Below, piece by piece: positions 35,062 to 37,071 of a stretch of DNA of 37,071 nt. The stretch is from the IMG/VR virus record IMGVR_UViG_3300029183_000016, positions 1-37,071 of that record. One strand, written 5' to 3'. The position numbers and the translations under genes were made by a program. Source of the stretch: a virus (taxonomy: Duplodnaviria > Caudoviricetes). The number at the start of each line of letters is the position of its first letter. The stretch's first letter is position 1. The notes beneath the pieces were generated by a model. The model saw nothing but the letters and a program-made list of their open reading frames with translations, searched no databases and had not been told where the DNA came from.

Positions 35062-35121
35062 AAGATAACCTGCAAAAGTACAGGGGATAGAAGCGTCGTA
35101 ACGCTTCACACCGCTAGACTT
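35062..35121 (-). ncRNA. Structured intergenic RNA (two hairpins, possible three-way junction)
   Basis: Minus strand: GAAGCGT-TACG-ACGCTTC and CCTGTA-CTTT-TGCAGG, with possible closing pairs AAG..TAGC / GTTA.CTT. Confidence 0.45.
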
Positions 35122-35496
35122 TTAATTTTCGATTTCGAAATATTCAAATAGTTCATCTTGGATCAATGACCTCACATGAACAGCATCATCAATTGAAACA
35201 TATTGCAATCTTTTACCCAGTTCTGCAATTTTATCACGAACCTTATAGGTTTTTATCGCAAGATTACGTTTTTCTAAACGTTCTGGGGTTGCATGTTGAA
35301 CGTGTTCAGTTGACCAATCACCTGTTTGATACCCATCTTTCCTATATCTGATACCAGCATGTTCAAGTACGAAATGACCAGTTTTATAGATCTTATGAAC
35401 GGTTCGAATTTTTGATAGTGCCCATGCTTTTGTACCATAAACGTGACGCGTATCAAACAAGATTACCTTGTCACCAACTTTGAATTCGTTTTCCAT
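35122..35496 (-). CDS. Hypothetical protein (FKVGDKV beta-barrel type)
   Basis: AAGGA RBS before the ATG at 35496. Confidence 0.65.
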   Translation of the reverse strand: MENEFKVGDKVILFDTRHVYGTKAWALSKIRTVHKIYKTGHFVLEHAGIRYRKDGYQTGDWSTEHVQHATPERLEKRNLAIKTYKVRDKIAELGKRLQYVSIDDAVHVRSLIQDELFEYFEIEN

Positions 35497-35512
35497 GTCA
35501 CTTTCCTTTCTT

Positions 35513-35839
35513 TTATGAATTGATTGCGTTTTGAATTTTAGCAGTTCGAAGGGTTCCAAGATCAGAAGCGTCGGCGTCTGATATTTCACCATTCAATGCT
35601 GCCTTTACAGCTTGTTGGATGGTGTGGGTTTCATGTTCGTCACGTGATGTTTGCAGAATTTCTTCCCAGCTCTGTTCTTGTTCTTTGATGGATGCGATTA
35701 AAATCTGCGTCAGAATTTCAATATCACCTTCATGGGCAGAATTTCCTACAGCATTTTTAATAGCTTCAAACAGAACGCGATCAATTTGTGATGGACTGTC
35801 TGTTTCGAAAGTCAGTGTGATTTCAGTTTTGCTTGTCAT
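35513..35839 (-). CDS. Hypothetical protein
   Basis: 108 aa; AAGGG RBS. Confidence 0.6.
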   Translation of the reverse strand: MTSKTEITLTFETDSPSQIDRVLFEAIKNAVGNSAHEGDIEILTQILIASIKEQEQSWEEILQTSRDEHETHTIQQAVKAALNGEISDADASDLGTLRTAKIQNAINS

Positions 35840-36026
35840 CGTTTATCCCTTTTAGTTTCATCATTTCAATCTGGTTTTTCTTGAAGGCTTCCATAGCCTC
35901 TGATAGGTTTTTAAACGCACCTTGCGTACTTAGTCCGCAACGCACATTCAATGAACCAAATTTAGTGCGAATTAAAACAACATCGTTGATGATGTCATGG
36001 GCTAGGATTTCATATTCTTCAAACAT
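35823..36026 (-). CDS. Hypothetical protein; first gene of the leftward operon
   Basis: AAGGA RBS before the ATG at 36026. Confidence 0.6.
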   Translation of the reverse strand: MFEEYEILAHDIINDVVLIRTKFGSLNVRCGLSTQGAFKNLSEAMEAFKKNQIEMMKLKGINDDKQN

Positions 36027-36050
36027 TTTCTGTTCCTTTTCCAAGGTTGT

Positions 36051-36119
36051 GTTGGTTTCTCATCAGGGCCAGCTACCAACGCTGACCGACAGAAGGGCAT
36101 TTTCATGCCCTTTGTTTCG
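36051..36119 (-). ncRNA. Type II hammerhead self-cleaving ribozyme with loop I / 3'-tail pseudoknot
   Basis: Minus strand reads C-GAAA-CA AAGGGCAU GAAA AUGCCCUU C UG-UC^GGUCAGC GUUGGUA GCUGGCC-CUGAUGA-G AA ACCAAC. It has the complete core, a GUC triplet, a 7-bp stem I, a GNRA-capped stem III, a single G-C stem II and GUUGGU/ACCAAC complementarity. Confidence 0.88.
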
Positions 36120-36123
36120 TTTT

Positions 36124-36213
36124 CTCAAACCGCTAAAAACCAGATTTCCGTTTTTCTCATCAGGGTTCTTCTGCTTGCGCTCCCGTCAACGGCGACCTAT
36201 CAGTCGGTTTAGG
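36124..36213 (-). ncRNA. Second structured RNA with a CUGAUGA box; possible variant/degenerate hammerhead
   Basis: CCCUGAUGAGAAA is repeated (plus-strand TTTCTCATCAGGG at 36056-36068 and 36153-36165); several short helices are possible. Confidence 0.4.
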
Positions 36214-36239
36214 TTATTATGCTTAGGTAACCTTTCCTG

Positions 36240-36430
36240 TAGTCTTATTAAACCTCTTTTTGACATAAAAGAAAAGTAAAAAGATAAGAAAAATATTCAA
36301 TAAAATCAACACTATTTGAAAAAAGATTGAAATTATCAGAAAAAAGACGGGCTTTTTATAATAAAACAGGGCATAAGAAAGTCGTGGTAAATGCTAACCT
36401 CAAAACAAATGTGCATCTGAAAGGACTAAA
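36240..36430. promoter_or_regulatory. AT-rich divergent promoter region
   Basis: Non-coding region between leftward and rightward gene blocks; TTGACA at 36260-36265, but no convincing -10 box. Confidence 0.5.
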
Positions 36431-37051
36431 ATGTCTAAAATCACAAAAGCGGCTTCGGCCAATCTCCCAACAACTGAAAGCTTTGAAGACCTTGCAGGAG
36501 CAGGGATGGAAAATGTCACAGGTTCAGACTTGTTGGTCCCACGGCTTGGAATACTTCAAGCTCTTTCCCCACAATTGAACAAAAAGAAACCTGAATTTAT
36601 TGAAGGTGCTGCAATTGGCGATATTGCTGATTTGGGCACAGGCGAGAATTTGGGAACAGCTGTTCAATTTTTACCTATTTATTTCAAAAAAGTTTGGATT
36701 GAATGGGCACCGCGCGAATCAGGCAAAGGCCTTGTGGCAATTCATGAAAGTGATGAATGCCTGAAAGGGACAACTCTGAATGATCGAAATCAACCCATCA
36801 CACCTGAAGGGAATCTGATCGCCGAAACGCACCAATTCTTTGGTTTGAATCTTTCACTTGATCGGCGAAAAAGCTTTATCAGTTTTACTTCAACGCAAAT
36901 CAAAAAAGCTCGAAAGATCAACACACTTGCATCAACAATCAAACTTCAACGCGCTGACGGCACTGAGTATACGCCGCCGTTGTTTTATTCAACTTACAAC
37001 CTTGGGACTGCTGAAGAAAGTAATTCTTCTGGTGATTGGTCGGGTTGGCCT
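36431..37051 (+). CDS. Phage replication protein, probably SSB-like; 3'-truncated (missing from the ORF track)
   Basis: AAGGA RBS; open frame MSKITKAASANLP...GMENV...DL.VPRL.ILQ.LSPQ..K.....IEGA..G...IEWAPRESG.G.V..H runs into the adapter. Confidence 0.7.
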
Positions 37052-37071
37052 GTTGATCGTGACTGGGAAAC
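37052..37071 (-). other. Amplification primer/adapter tag (reverse complement of 1-20)
   Basis: GTTGATCGTGACTGGGAAAC. Confidence 0.9.

Noticed and set aside
36209-36237. GAAA-GGUUA...UAACC-UA on the minus strand as stem III of a third hammerhead
   Set aside because: The sequence after the putative UA site cannot pair with the bases preceding either CUGAUGA to form stem I.
35833-36279. 148-aa + strand ORF across the ribozyme region
   Set aside because: Antisense to the leftward operon, no RBS, no protein-like features; the region is better explained as structured RNA.
36327-36578. 83-aa + strand ORF in the track
   Set aside because: Out-of-frame shadow of the longer ORF starting at 36431, which has an RBS and recognisable motifs.
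1-37071. Perfect 20-bp terminal inverted repeats suggesting a linear genome with ITRs or a transposon
   Set aside because: The sequence is the GTTTCCCAGTCACGATC random-amplification primer, and it interrupts ORFs at both ends. It is a library artefact.

Overview
About 37 kb of an AT-rich, tailed dsDNA phage with siphovirus-type morphogenesis genes. The host is probably an alphaproteobacterium, inferred from the GTA-like tail-tip, tape-measure C-terminus and 3TM holin. The contig is incomplete: both ends carry the same random-amplification primer tag, and the terminal ORFs are truncated. Layout on the + strand: a run of small accessory ORFs (Lar-like, cupin, DUF1737, DUF4031), a VRR-NUC-type nuclease, P22 gp3-like TerS, TerL, portal, head, neck and tail genes (with a -1 frameshift chaperone and a GNAT inside the tail-tip module), and a lysis cassette. 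A leftward operon (27.6-36.0 kb) carries an SNF2-like helicase, a GHKL-type ATPase and many small ORFs. A divergent, truncated SSB-like gene sits at the right end. The most notable non-coding features are three. (i) A well-formed type II hammerhead ribozyme with a pseudoknot in the leader of the leftward operon (36051-36119, minus strand), preceded by a second, degenerate hammerhead-like unit; together they could release a 110-nt RNA. (ii) Two dispersed copies of a ~150-bp imperfect palindrome with an identical 22-bp core, each bracketed by IHF-like sites (4204-4405 and 33530-33722). (iii) A further structured intergenic RNA at about 35.06-35.12 kb. All protein calls come from motif recognition and gene order, not database searches.
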